This document shows, piece by piece, positions 1 through 9,676 of a stretch of 64,000 bases of DNA. Where the stretch lies: the IMG/VR virus record IMGVR_UViG_3300021379_000425, positions 21,253 through 85,252 of that record. The stretch is one strand, 5' to 3'. Position numbers and translations under genes: made by a program. A model generated the notes under the pieces. It saw nothing but the letters and a program-made list of their open reading frames with translations. It made no database searches and was not told the DNA's origin. The stretch comes from a virus. The number at the start of each line of letters is the position of its first letter. Position 1 is the stretch's first letter.

Positions 1-702
1 ATCTTTTATTCGCTCGCCCAATCTGTCATGCAACTTAGGCAGGTCAGCCCATGCCCCAGCGTGTGCAATCAGCATATCGGGGTCACACTCTATCAAGTGT
101 GCAACGAAGTTGGATAACATGTACTCTTCGCTTGCGAATGTACGCAATTCATAGCCATCGTATCTGTCTATCCATTCCTTCTTTGTAATGCGATTATCAT
201 ATGAATCTTGACTCCATGCGAATACTACATTCTTCTCAGCATGTGTATCACACACTGCTATGACTGTGATTCTACCTTCACCATCTGTCTCCCACTCCAT
301 ATCGTAATACCACTTACGAGGATGGAATTCGGGAATGCCGTTAGGATAACGCTCAAGCAATACTTGGTCTAGGTAAGGTGTGTCCATCTCACATGTCCAC
401 TTACCTTTAGGGTCAATAGCATCTTTCATGTTCCACGAATCAAACGGATTGTCGTAAGTGACCTTCCATAGTTTACCACCATCAAGGGCAGTAGCCACGA
501 TGTTTGAATGTATTACTGCTTTGAATCTCTTAAGTTTCTTTAGTATGAATGAAGGCGCATTCTGTCTAATCCAAAAGAACGGTTTAACAAATGCACTATC
601 ATCACTGTAAATATAATTCTCTTTGAGTACCCCATCAGGCCCACGAGTGCGCTCGTACAAATACAAACCCTCGTAACGGCTTTGTACAAAATCTACAATC
701 AT
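1..702 (-). CDS. polB: Family B DNA polymerase, N-terminal and 3'-5' exonuclease part (runs off the window)
   Basis: Manual translation from ATG at 702: MIVDFVQSRYEG...KPFFWI...RKWYYDMEWE (ExoI DxE)...FASEEYMLSNF...CDPDMLIAHAGAWADLPKL (ExoII-like). The frame is open to position 1 and lies next to PCNA. Confidence 0.88.
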   Translation of the reverse strand, partial: MIVDFVQSRYEGLYLYERTRGPDGVLKENYIYSDDSAFVKPFFWIRQNAPSFILKKLKRFKAVIHSNIVATALDGGKLWKVTYDNPFDSWNMKDAIDPKGKWTCEMDTPYLDQVLLERYPNGIPEFHPRKWYYDMEWETDGEGRITVIAVCDTHAEKNVVFAWSQDSYDNRITKKEWIDRYDGYELRTFASEEYMLSNFVAHLIECDPDMLIAHAGAWADLPKLHDRLGERIKD

Positions 703-703
703 C

Positions 704-1453
704 TCACTCAGCCTCGTTAGTAATCAATAGCAGTGTGTTGTTCTGTTCAAAGATGACTAGAGAGTTGTCAGCAAAGTGTAGCCTAGCGGAACCTTCATCC
801 AAATATTGTAGGCATGTAGGGAACCAGTCTCCAAAGTTAGTCTGTACAGTAGCGTTAGGTCCATCTGTATCAGTAACAGGAAGGACAGTGAATAGTCTAC
901 CAGTGACCGCTTTACCAGCCACAATGCCTAACTCTTCTTCGCCGCAATGTACACGCAGTTTGAACTGCGAATCCTTCTTGACTAAGTTCTTCATACCCGA
1001 CAGGGAAATCAAATCCTTTGTCTGTACTGTAACATGGGTATCAATTATTTCACCAGCAAAAGACTTCCAGCCGCTATCAGCAGACTTGGCTACAAGTTTT
1101 CCTTGTACTACCGTCTTTGATGCGGAGATAATGTCGTCAGTGCTAGGTAACTGTATCTTGTTACCACCTGCTACAATGTACAGGAACTTACCTGTGCTTT
1201 CTTGTCGCAGTACTACTTTGTCGCTCTTGGCTGACTTCAAGAATGCTACTGCCTTCTCAAGTTCCATGATGTGAATGAATCCTTCATCCACTACATTGAC
1301 ACCCAGCAGTTGCTTGCGTAGATAGTGTGTACTGTATCCAATCTCAACAACCACTCTATTACCAGCGCAGTTCACTCGCAGGTCAGTCACTTGCTTCCCA
1401 AACGAGGAAAGGAAGGTGAGCAATTCTTTTCTGTCAACTTCTATTCTAGTCAT
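704..1453 (-). CDS. Divergent PCNA-like sliding clamp
   Basis: 249 aa (PCNA size), alternating beta/alpha pattern, located between PolB and RFC; SD GAGGTGA upstream. Confidence 0.6.
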   Translation of the reverse strand: MTRIEVDRKELLTFLSSFGKQVTDLRVNCAGNRVVVEIGYSTHYLRKQLLGVNVVDEGFIHIMELEKAVAFLKSAKSDKVVLRQESTGKFLYIVAGGNKIQLPSTDDIISASKTVVQGKLVAKSADSGWKSFAGEIIDTHVTVQTKDLISLSGMKNLVKKDSQFKLRVHCGEEELGIVAGKAVTGRLFTVLPVTDTDGPNATVQTNFGDWFPTCLQYLDEGSARLHFADNSLVIFEQNNTLLLITNEAE

Positions 1454-1465
1454 AGTATCACCTCA

Positions 1466-1566
1466 TGAAAGGGGGGAACAGATAGCGGAAAAGCACAGGG
1501 AGAAAACCAAAGCCCCAAAAACCGCTACGAAGGAGGTGTTCAGCCCGTCTGTTCATTACCCTTCAA
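1466..1566 (-). other. Putative structured RNA element (5' UTR or ncRNA) upstream of the clamp gene
   Basis: Nested complementary segments on the minus strand: GAACAGA/TCTGTTC and TAGCGG/CCGCTA, with a weaker outer GAAGGG/CCCTTTC pairing. Confidence 0.35.
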
Positions 1567-1589
1567 AACCCCTCTCAAATTAATGAGTA

Positions 1590-2561
1590 TCACAAACTCC
1601 CGTCACTCAACTCCGGTAGACCGAACCATTGCGGCTCGCTATCGGGTCTTGTAACAAACAGTGTTCTTTCTTGGTCTTGCAGTGTAGGATTAGTCTTACA
1701 CTTGTGAAATTTAGCCTTGTAGACTGTCTTTACCAATTCACCCTCATCATCATACTCATCCTCAGTGGATGTGTAGATAATGGTAGGAAGGTAGTTGTTA
1801 GTCTTCTTTTCCCATTCGGGTTGCCATACTTGTTCATCATCGTTAGTCTTACCAAAGGAGAAGGATGTTGCTCTCATGTGTGTCTCCCAAAAGACTCTCA
1901 CGCCTGCTCTCACTAGGTTACGAGATAGCGCAGTCAGTTGGTGGAATCTAGTGTTACGAATAGCCCAGTCGGATTGTCTTTCGACTCTCTTCGCTTCCCC
2001 AGCCCCACGATTGTCAGCCGCTTCGATACCATCCTTTGCTAGTCCTAAGTCAATGATACGCATGTTGTTGGTACATACTTCTAACCATGAGTCAAGACCA
2101 CTGACTAGTACACCCCAAATGTTTGCTTCACCGCTTTCGGCTCTTGTAAGAATGAATTTCATGATGTCCATCACACGCTGATGTGTACCCGGATAGTCGT
2201 AAGCAGTTCTATCTGCAACACCCATTTGCCATGGCCTCCATGACTTGATGTTTTCATTAGGGTTGACTGCTGAGTTCAGCATACTAACACCCATGTCAAA
2301 GTCGATAGCGTGTAGTTCCGCATCGGGGTTGTCTTTGACATACTCATCGAATGCGCCTTTGACTATACCCGATTTACATGTTCCGTCAAATCCAGCAATA
2401 CCTACAAACATGTGAGTCAAGTTGACTGGCTTCATTGCTTGTAGTTCTGCTTCTAAGTGAGCAAAAGGACTACCACCAAGCGTAGGTGCTTGTTGTGTAG
2501 GTGCTTTCACTACTTCTTTCTTCTCTTCTTGTTTCTTTACTGTCTGTCCAAATCCTGCCAT
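1590..2561 (-). CDS. RecA/RadA-fold ATPase (AAA_24/Sak4-like recombination protein)
   Basis: Walker A-like GFDGTCKSG, IDFDMG and LVSGLDS strands; replication context. Confidence 0.7.
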   Translation of the reverse strand: MAGFGQTVKKQEEKKEVVKAPTQQAPTLGGSPFAHLEAELQAMKPVNLTHMFVGIAGFDGTCKSGIVKGAFDEYVKDNPDAELHAIDFDMGVSMLNSAVNPNENIKSWRPWQMGVADRTAYDYPGTHQRVMDIMKFILTRAESGEANIWGVLVSGLDSWLEVCTNNMRIIDLGLAKDGIEAADNRGAGEAKRVERQSDWAIRNTRFHQLTALSRNLVRAGVRVFWETHMRATSFSFGKTNDDEQVWQPEWEKKTNNYLPTIIYTSTEDEYDDEGELVKTVYKAKFHKCKTNPTLQDQERTLFVTRPDSEPQWFGLPELSDGSL

Positions 2562-2570
2562 TTAATCACC

Positions 2571-3986
2571 TCACTCGAATTGCTTTACCCCTGTGTCTCC
2601 ACCAGTTGCTCTTTGTCTGCATCTTCTCCAATCCCCAAAGATACCGTGTGCAGTAATCTTGGGTGTGCTTAGTCCGTCAACGGTTCTCATACCAATTCTA
2701 CCGAATACATACACTGTACTCTTCTCACCGTATGGGAATTCCTTTCCTCCACCAGTTGTGAATGGGTCAGTCATCATACCGACTGCACCGCTTATCCAGC
2801 AAGAGATGTCACCAGCAATAGGACTAGTCAATGTCATGACATAGTTGTGTCCTTCTTGGTCGTAATCGGAATCTCTTGGTGATGTGTTCATGTTGACAAT
2901 AGTTGCCTTAGTAATCACGAGTGGTCCACCCACACGCTTTTCACCGTTGATTGTGAATGTCTGCTTTCTTTGCTCGTATGCTTCCTCTAAGGAATCAATG
3001 CTTACGAACATGTCATGGAACTCCGGTGAAGTCCAGTACTTGGCAGGATGCAATAGTGAGCGCATGTCTTCACTAACGAATGTGTTTGTGTACTCTATCT
3101 CAAAGTTAGAGTAAATACCTAGTACATCCTTGAATGCTTCAAGTCCACCTTCTTTCGGTGGAGTTACAGGAATCTTACATGCCTCACCAATCTTGAGGTC
3201 CTTGTATACATGGTCGCCAGTTAGGTCAACTCTCCATAGTTGGATGTCACCGTCATTCACGAACTTGCTCTCTTCATTACCCAAGAAGTATGCATATCTA
3301 CCAAATTTTTCATAGTGTGTTGGCTGTCCGTTGTATGAAGTCAAACACAGTTTCTCTTTGCCAGTGTAAGGTATCACATATGGTGGTTGTTCTGTTACAG
3401 GGTATTCTGTTGTGATTGTGTTGTCCTTAGTTTCAACCTCCCAAAACTCCTTGCCCTTTGAGTATACACCGACTCTACCCGATGATACTGCGTGGTTCGG
3501 GTCTTCTTTGAATAGTTTCAAGTTAGCCCTTACGATGTTCTTCTGTCTGTCAGCCTTCTTGTCAGCGACACCTAAGAAGCACCCTACCCATGTAGATAGG
3601 TTACTGTTGCCACTGCCTGTCTGTCTTCTTGTTTCTACAACGAATCCTTCACACCAATCAAGCACTAAGTCTTCATCGGGTTCAGTCGTAACATCTTCAC
3701 CAAAGTTTTTCTTAACATCTTCTGCAAATGCCTTTATCGCATCGGGCAGTTTCATGTTGGTGCGTTCAGCATACTTAGTCAGCAAATCTATTACTGACTG
3801 TGGTAAACCACCTGTGTCGTTTGTTTTTGCTACACTACCAAACCCATTACCTTTAGATTCTTCTGCCGGCTCTAAGTGGTCGTATTCATCTTCTATATCC
3901 CATTGTTCTGTCATTCTATCTTCTCCATTTCTTTCTTTAGTTTCGCTACCAATACTTCCACGAATGCCTCGGCTGAACCGCCCCAT
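2571..3986 (-). CDS. Putative ssDNA-binding protein (RPA/OB-fold-like); true start probably about 3914 (MTEQW)
   Basis: Acidic, OB-fold-like C-terminus (KSTVYVFGRIG), located between the ATPase and RFC. Confidence 0.5.
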   Translation of the reverse strand: MGRFSRGIRGSIGSETKERNGEDRMTEQWDIEDEYDHLEPAEESKGNGFGSVAKTNDTGGLPQSVIDLLTKYAERTNMKLPDAIKAFAEDVKKNFGEDVTTEPDEDLVLDWCEGFVVETRRQTGSGNSNLSTWVGCFLGVADKKADRQKNIVRANLKLFKEDPNHAVSSGRVGVYSKGKEFWEVETKDNTITTEYPVTEQPPYVIPYTGKEKLCLTSYNGQPTHYEKFGRYAYFLGNEESKFVNDGDIQLWRVDLTGDHVYKDLKIGEACKIPVTPPKEGGLEAFKDVLGIYSNFEIEYTNTFVSEDMRSLLHPAKYWTSPEFHDMFVSIDSLEEAYEQRKQTFTINGEKRVGGPLVITKATIVNMNTSPRDSDYDQEGHNYVMTLTSPIAGDISCWISGAVGMMTDPFTTGGGKEFPYGEKSTVYVFGRIGMRTVDGLSTPKITAHGIFGDWRRCRQRATGGDTGVKQFE

Positions 3987-4861
3987 TCATAGATTCTTCC
4001 CATCATGTCTCCCCATACCACCATGATAGCAAAGGTCGTATCGGGAGAGTTGTCGAAATGCTTTCTAATCGAGCGTTGGAATCTGTTCATGAATTCCTGT
4101 ATACCACTGCAATCGTGAAGCATTGTGAGTAATGTCTTTCTCAATTCATTGTACTTGTGTTCAACCGTGAAATCCCACCAGTCATCATCATCATTTACTT
4201 TAGCCGTAAATTGTTTTATGGCATCGGCATTCTTTGGGATGCGCTCTAGGGAGTTGACCGCCGCCCTCAAATCACCATCATGCCACTCTACAACATCGCC
4301 GTAGAACGGTTGCCAGTCAATAGGCGCACCGCATGATTCTGTTAGTCTGTGAAGGTGTTTTGCACCCTCGGTAGGACTTACACGATTGAATGTATATGTT
4401 GTACACCTGCTCTTGATAGCAGGTCTAATCTTGTCACCGTAATTAGCGGTAAGAATGAAGAGTACCTTGTCAGCATACTCTTCCATGATGCCTCTCAGTG
4501 CATCTTGAGCAGACGGAGTTAGACCGTCAGCCTCATCAAAGAAAATTACTTTGCGCTTCGCACCGTAACCTTTGATACGAGCGAAACGCTTTACTTCATC
4601 ACGAATGAATCCAATGCCTCTATCGTCACTTGCATTGCCCTTCATCATGTTCAATTCATTATATGCTTCGCCAAGCATGGTTTTTCCAACTGCAAGTGCC
4701 GCACTTGTTTTACCTGTACCCGGTCCTCCTAAGAACAGGAGAGCAGACGGGTATACACCAGTTTTTTCCCACTCCCCAGCATCCTCTACGAATTGTTGAT
4801 TACCAACAATCTGTGTAGGGTGGCTGGGTCGTACCATCTCATTCCAAGTCATAATATTCAT
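3911..4861 (-). CDS. rfcS: Replication factor C small subunit (clamp loader)
   Basis: WNEMVRP, GGPGTGKT, NASDDRGIGFIR, FFDEADGLT, AQDALR and SRC motifs. Confidence 0.93.
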   Translation of the reverse strand: MNIMTWNEMVRPSHPTQIVGNQQFVEDAGEWEKTGVYPSALLFLGGPGTGKTSAALAVGKTMLGEAYNELNMMKGNASDDRGIGFIRDEVKRFARIKGYGAKRKVIFFDEADGLTPSAQDALRGIMEEYADKVLFILTANYGDKIRPAIKSRCTTYTFNRVSPTEGAKHLHRLTESCGAPIDWQPFYGDVVEWHDGDLRAAVNSLERIPKNADAIKQFTAKVNDDDDWWDFTVEHKYNELRKTLLTMLHDCSGIQEFMNRFQRSIRKHFDNSPDTTFAIMVVWGDMMGRIYEWGGSAEAFVEVLVAKLKKEMEKIE

Positions 4862-4870
4862 CTCCCTTCT

Positions 4871-4890
4871 CTTTATCAGTTTAAATAGTC
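4871..4890 (-). promoter_or_regulatory. Conserved early promoter motif, copy 1 (GACTATTTAAACTGATAAAG)
   Basis: 20-bp motif with a TATTTAAA box shortly upstream of the RFC start; repeated 9 times. Confidence 0.75.
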
Positions 4891-5301
4891 CGACTCCAAT
4901 TTTTCCTTGTTAGCATCAAAGTCGTCTACCCATTGTCTAAACTTGGGCCAGTTACGAACCTGTGACTTTGGTATTCTTGGGTAGGGGTTGTCTAGTATCC
5001 ACTTCATCTGCCAGTAGTTCACACGGTCTTTCGCTTTCATTAGAAACTCAAACGGCTCAAGTATGTCCATCCACTTGCGTACTAACTCTTCACGCTGAAT
5101 CGTTTTGAATCCGTACACTGTCAAGTCATGTGTGTTAGCCCATACCTCAATGCACTTCTTTTGGTCGTCAGTGACATTCTCCTTTAGGCTGATACATCTG
5201 CGTACCTTGAAGCCATATCCTGTATCAATGCGCTCGAATGATATGTAGAACGACAATGACTTGAGAGCCAGCCCCAGCCCGATGTATTCAGTAGGGTTCA
5301 C
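4876..5301 (-). CDS. Hypothetical protein
   Basis: 141-aa ORF coupled to its neighbours. Confidence 0.6.
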   Translation of the reverse strand: MNPTEYIGLGLALKSLSFYISFERIDTGYGFKVRRCISLKENVTDDQKKCIEVWANTHDLTVYGFKTIQREELVRKWMDILEPFEFLMKAKDRVNYWQMKWILDNPYPRIPKSQVRNWPKFRQWVDDFDANKEKLESDYLN

Positions 5302-5639
5302 TCTTCCTCATCTCCTATGTAATAACAATAACGAGCATACTTGGAAAATAATTTACCGTTAATCTTCACCCATTCTTCACCGTTCTTAATTTTCCACTTT
5401 GATTCTTCGAGTACTGATTTGATTATGTACGGCTTTTGCTTCAAGTCTTTACTGTACCTGCTACTACCTGCGGCGTTACCTCTTGCTTTCTTTCTTTTAG
5501 CATGAATCGCTTTGGTGTAATTCAAAGCAAATTGAGGATACAAGTCGTCTACCCTATGCTTCTCGGATTTATCTAACGAATTGAATATGTCTAGTTGTAT
5601 CTGTTTCATCAATTGGAAGTCTATCTTTGGGCGTGTCAT
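5298..5639 (-). CDS. Hypothetical basic protein
   Basis: 113-aa ORF with ATGA overlaps. Confidence 0.6.
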   Translation of the reverse strand: MTRPKIDFQLMKQIQLDIFNSLDKSEKHRVDDLYPQFALNYTKAIHAKRKKARGNAAGSSRYSKDLKQKPYIIKSVLEESKWKIKNGEEWVKINGKLFSKYARYCYYIGDEEE

Positions 5640-6829
5640 GCTACCACCGTATAGTAATCGTTGATGTCGTCAATGTCATCTATGCCCATGTCATCTTCTA
5701 CACTGTCTAACTTGAGATGCCAGTCATGGGTAGGACTCCAAGTGTAATTTACTTTCACGACTAAACAATCTTCGACCTCGTGGTTCACGAACTTGACTCT
5801 AGGAGAAACACCCCTCCGCTTCAATGCCGACTCCAACTCGAAAGTTAGGTTGTCAAGCACTATCATATCCTCGGCGACTGCTTCATCCCCATCCATGAAG
5901 GCTAAAGACAACTCAAATTTATCATCAGCATTTTTCCGTATCATGGAAAGTTGAGCGTACAAAACGGAACTTCCATTGGAAAGCAAGGTATAATTTCCTT
6001 CATGATAAATCAAAAATCCACCTCTTGCGTATGAGTCTAAAATCACCTGCGACTCATGCCATTCATGAAACATCGGTTCTTGATAGGTTGAGAAAGGCAG
6101 TACTGTGTCCTTACTGTGCCTGCGCCCAGTGCCAGTTGGATTACTCCAACACCAACAATTTACCTCTTCTTCAACTAACGGAGTTAATTCACCGTTAATT
6201 TTTCCACTCCTTTCTTTAACTACCCTATCACCTATATACAATAAAGTTCCACAGTCGGGGATGAACCACCAACTGTCGGGAACATCACCAGTCCACTTCG
6301 ACAGTTTTGTAAACGATGAACTTACCTTGTCTACGCTTAGGCCATCGAAGATGACCGCCATCTGTGTGTCCACGCCATGAGTACTATCGACACCACTAGC
6401 CTTTGAGAACCACGCTCTCATTCTATTTCGTATCGCTTTCCAGTAGTAATCTAATGCCCATCTCCATATTAGTTCAGCCTCTTCTTCGCTGAGTGTGCGG
6501 CAGAAGTCTAGTATCCATACATCATCGTTACGAGCATTGCGTATTACTTCAACGACTTGCTTTAGTGTCAACTCATGTTCAGTTGTTTCGGGTGACTCTA
6601 GCATTAGTATTCTAGCAAGAGCCAGCCCCTCAGTGACCTCTTCTAATCTCTCCATGAATACCCCGCACTCTTTGGCGAGGTTCACCTTGAGCATGTGCTG
6701 AGTGATATTCAGTTTGTTACTGGTAGTCATGAAAGACCACAGTTCAGTAGCCTCTCTCTTGGTGATGTCACTAGGGTTCAACTTGTGTGGCATTCTTGCT
6801 ACTAACTCAGTTGCCCTCGATAACTTCAT
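5636..6829 (-). CDS. Possible degenerate ATP-dependent DNA ligase-like protein
   Basis: N-terminus resembles the ligase DNA-binding domain (LTLKQVVEVI...EEEAELIWRWAL); no KxDG motif seen. Confidence 0.35.
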   Translation of the reverse strand: MKLSRATELVARMPHKLNPSDITKREATELWSFMTTSNKLNITQHMLKVNLAKECGVFMERLEEVTEGLALARILMLESPETTEHELTLKQVVEVIRNARNDDVWILDFCRTLSEEEAELIWRWALDYYWKAIRNRMRAWFSKASGVDSTHGVDTQMAVIFDGLSVDKVSSSFTKLSKWTGDVPDSWWFIPDCGTLLYIGDRVVKERSGKINGELTPLVEEEVNCWCWSNPTGTGRRHSKDTVLPFSTYQEPMFHEWHESQVILDSYARGGFLIYHEGNYTLLSNGSSVLYAQLSMIRKNADDKFELSLAFMDGDEAVAEDMIVLDNLTFELESALKRRGVSPRVKFVNHEVEDCLVVKVNYTWSPTHDWHLKLDSVEDDMGIDDIDDINDYYTVVA

Positions 6830-7557
6830 TCCTCTTCGCCACCGTGATGTACAATCTTAACGGTTGTACCCCACATCCACGGAGGAACTTTTTCACCTTT
6901 GTAGGTCTTACCAAGCAGTGTAATGAATGGTGGTACTGATTCATCAAAACAACCAGCATCAGCCAAATCAACAATGTTGTTTCTCGTAAGAGCCGCCAAA
7001 GTTTCTTCACCGTTATTCCATTTCATGAATGCCTCATCGCCAGCCAACAACAAGAAGTCATCGGGGTCAACTGAAAGGTCATAGCCACATGAGTTACAGG
7101 GCATTATGTATCTCCACAACTCTAAAGGAGCAGTAGTACCGTCATTCAATTCAGCATCAATCGTTTCTACGAATTCCAAGATGTGATTGTCGAAGTCATT
7201 GTTAGCAAGAGGGTATCCACATTCGGGGCATTTCCAGCCCTGTGCTACCTTCTGCTTGTGTTCGTGTTCCATCTGCATTTGCATCTGTGGATTCAATGGT
7301 GGGGTTTGTACCTCAACATCATCGGGTTCAATTACATTGTACCCGCACTCTTTCAATAGTAGACACAACTTCTCGTAATGCTCTCTAGCAGTTGGATGGT
7401 TGTACATGAATACGAGTTGGAAGGTATCTTCCGCCGTCTTCATGAACTGTACACCACTATCTTGTGGTGTCCACATTGCGTCTACACTGAGAGCCTTGAA
7501 ATGCTCGTTGCCCCATTTAATCAAATCTTCATTCGGTTTCCAATCCATTGTCCTCAC
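6826..7557 (-). CDS. Zn-ribbon hypothetical protein
   Basis: CPECG and CNSCG pairs. Confidence 0.65.
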   Translation of the reverse strand: MRTMDWKPNEDLIKWGNEHFKALSVDAMWTPQDSGVQFMKTAEDTFQLVFMYNHPTAREHYEKLCLLLKECGYNVIEPDDVEVQTPPLNPQMQMQMEHEHKQKVAQGWKCPECGYPLANNDFDNHILEFVETIDAELNDGTTAPLELWRYIMPCNSCGYDLSVDPDDFLLLAGDEAFMKWNNGEETLAALTRNNIVDLADAGCFDESVPPFITLLGKTYKGEKVPPWMWGTTVKIVHHGGEEE

Positions 7558-7804
7558 CTGTGTCCTTACCTGTTACCTCGCAGACAGCGAACTCCCCACA
7601 ACACTTTGCTATGTAAAGGTACTCGCCAGTATCCAGTAGAAATCCTCTATTCCCTTCGCATGGTGGAGAAGCGCAAACAGGACAGTCGAAGTTGAGCATT
7701 GACTTCTCAATCTCCATTACTATCCTTACCTCGTTGCCATCCAGTAGAAGTACATCATTGATGAACTGCTCATCAACATCCTCTATGGTAATTGTTTCAT
7801 TCAT
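7529..7804 (-). CDS. Small Cys-rich protein
   Basis: CPVC...KCCG. Confidence 0.6.
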   Translation of the reverse strand: MNETITIEDVDEQFINDVLLLDGNEVRIVMEIEKSMLNFDCPVCASPPCEGNRGFLLDTGEYLYIAKCCGEFAVCEVTGKDTGEDNGLETE

Positions 7805-8130
7805 ACATCTTCCTCTTTGTCTAATCCAATTTCAATTCGTATTTCTTGCCACAAGTCATAGTGGTGTTCCATCATGTAGTTGTCTATGTCTAAGAACCAA
7901 CCATACACCTTGTTGTATTCTCTCCTTACACGAGTAAAATCATTCCAAAGTTTAGGTGCGTCTGCTATCAGTTGTGCATCAGCCTCACTCATTAGTTGCC
8001 CTTTGTTGTTTTCGTCTACACGAAGAATCCAATCATCATCACCAGTAATGACCGCCCACCCAGTAGGAAGTTCCTTTGATGCTAACCACGGTCCGGGCGT
8101 ATGTCCTTCGTATTTGTCTATGTCAATCAT
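7801..8130 (-). CDS. MIDxxKYEG family protein (HTPGPW...ADAQLIADAP)
   Basis: Carries the common phage HTPGPW/LIAAAP motif; paralogous N-terminus. Confidence 0.65.
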   Translation of the reverse strand: MIDIDKYEGHTPGPWLASKELPTGWAVITGDDDWILRVDENNKGQLMSEADAQLIADAPKLWNDFTRVRREYNKVYGWFLDIDNYMMEHHYDLWQEIRIEIGLDKEEDV

Positions 8131-8375
8131 TCTTCTTCACCCCATATTTTCAATTGTTCTTTAGTGTAGCCACCTGTTCTTTTCTTTTCTTCAAAGCACT
8201 TAACGCAAATCTCGTCTTGAAAAGTGATGTGCTTTTGTGCATTCAATGAATTGAAATGTGTCATAGGGAAGAAGCCCAAACAATAATCGCACCTACCCAT
8301 AGGTATGCCTTTTGTTTCCCAAACCTTCAACGCTTCGTCATGTGTGAGTCCTTCGTATTTGCTCGTATCAATCAT
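8127..8375 (-). CDS. MIDTSKYEG family protein with Zn-finger body
   Basis: Shared N-terminus; CDYC...CVKC. Confidence 0.6.
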   Translation of the reverse strand: MIDTSKYEGLTHDEALKVWETKGIPMGRCDYCLGFFPMTHFNSLNAQKHITFQDEICVKCFEEKKRTGGYTKEQLKIWGEEE

Positions 8376-8629
8376 TCAATCAACTCCACTAACTCTTCAT
8401 CTCCATACTCCTGCACAAGTTTCTTCCCTTCGTGTTCTAAACCGAGCCAACAAATAAACTCAAGATAACGATTGTTCTCTTTCTGTAACCGTTTGACTTC
8501 TGCTAGGAGAAGTGGAGCGTCTTCTACCAATGCTTGAGACGCTGGTGAGAGTTTCTTCCATTCTTCATTTGAAATGCTATGGACTAAAGAGCCATGTGGT
8601 CGTCCATCGTACTTACTCGTATCAATCAT
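8372..8629 (-). CDS. MIDTSKYDG family protein
   Basis: ATG at 8629 overlaps the DUF932 stop; LVEDAPLLLAEVKRL. Confidence 0.6.
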   Translation of the reverse strand: MIDTSKYDGRPHGSLVHSISNEEWKKLSPASQALVEDAPLLLAEVKRLQKENNRYLEFICWLGLEHEGKKLVQEYGDEELVELIE

Positions 8630-9633
8630 TGAGCCATCTCCATAAGTTTGTTCCATGCCTTCTGCTTCTTGCGTGAGTATGGTCCGAATAGTGCAGACTC
8701 CATTCTCTTCTTGCTTTCAGTACCATCTTTCAGTTTGGTGAAGTGGTGGTCGATGACACCAGTAATGGTGTTGTAAGCAGACCACGCAGTACCACTCATA
8801 CCGAATACATGGTTGGAGTCATCCTTTGAGTACTCTCTAATCTCATTGAGTATGTTCATTGAACGGGTAGTCAAGTCACCCTCTTTGTTGAATTGTAAGT
8901 CCATGACATCAATGTAGTATTCATCCATCTCATCAGCAGTCATCTTGATGTTGACGAGTTCTTGTGCCTGCTCACCCCATGCGATGAAGTCCTTGTTGAC
9001 AAAGCCTAGAACCTTCTTGGCTTCCTCAACCTTACTGTGCATCTTGCTGGTGTGTCTAATGTTGTATCCACCTTGCCTGCCTTGTAGAGCCATTGTCAAA
9101 GTGTTGGCACATACCACACGGATAGGTGTCAAGAATACCTTGACTGAACCTTTACCATCGTGGTTGTTGACAATCAGTATGTACTGGTCTACTACATCTG
9201 CGCCATTGATAACAATACTGTGTGGTAGTTTGGCTAGAATCCAAACTCTCTCACCGTTACCCAATGCACCTGCTACCTCAATCTTGGCTTCGTGGTTATC
9301 AGTCAACTCATCCAAGAATGCGAATGCATCTACATTCTGCATTGCTTTCCATACCTTACCGACTGCGTTGCTACGAGTCAGTGCAATATAGTCATCATCT
9401 TCTTTTCTAAACACACCAAAGGTATTAGGTACAACTTCGATTGTACCGTCATCCAGTTGGTTGAACAGTGGTCGCTTGACAACTTCCCAGTCAAGGTTGG
9501 CTAGTGCCAACGCTTCTGCTGATGTCATCAGTCCTTCTGCTTGCGTTCCCAGCCTGTGCCACGGTGTATTACCTGCCCATGCCGTCATATATCTTCCGTT
9601 CTTTACTTGTGCTATTCCATGCATTTTTTTCAT
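8626..9633 (-). CDS. DUF932/DUF945 phage-plasmid protein
   Basis: PWHRLG, LDWEV, AGALGNGERVW, NNHDG, TPIRVVCANTL, IRHT and TAWSAYN motifs. Confidence 0.9.
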   Translation of the reverse strand: MKKMHGIAQVKNGRYMTAWAGNTPWHRLGTQAEGLMTSAEALALANLDWEVVKRPLFNQLDDGTIEVVPNTFGVFRKEDDDYIALTRSNAVGKVWKAMQNVDAFAFLDELTDNHEAKIEVAGALGNGERVWILAKLPHSIVINGADVVDQYILIVNNHDGKGSVKVFLTPIRVVCANTLTMALQGRQGGYNIRHTSKMHSKVEEAKKVLGFVNKDFIAWGEQAQELVNIKMTADEMDEYYIDVMDLQFNKEGDLTTRSMNILNEIREYSKDDSNHVFGMSGTAWSAYNTITGVIDHHFTKLKDGTESKKRMESALFGPYSRKKQKAWNKLMEMAQ

Positions 9634-9656
9634 CTCCTTGTTTTCATCTCTCTTTT

Positions 9657-9676
9657 CTTTATCAGTTTAAATAGTC
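9657..9676 (-). promoter_or_regulatory. Early promoter motif, copy 2
   Basis: Exact CTTTATCAGTTTAAATAGTC on the + strand. Confidence 0.75.
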
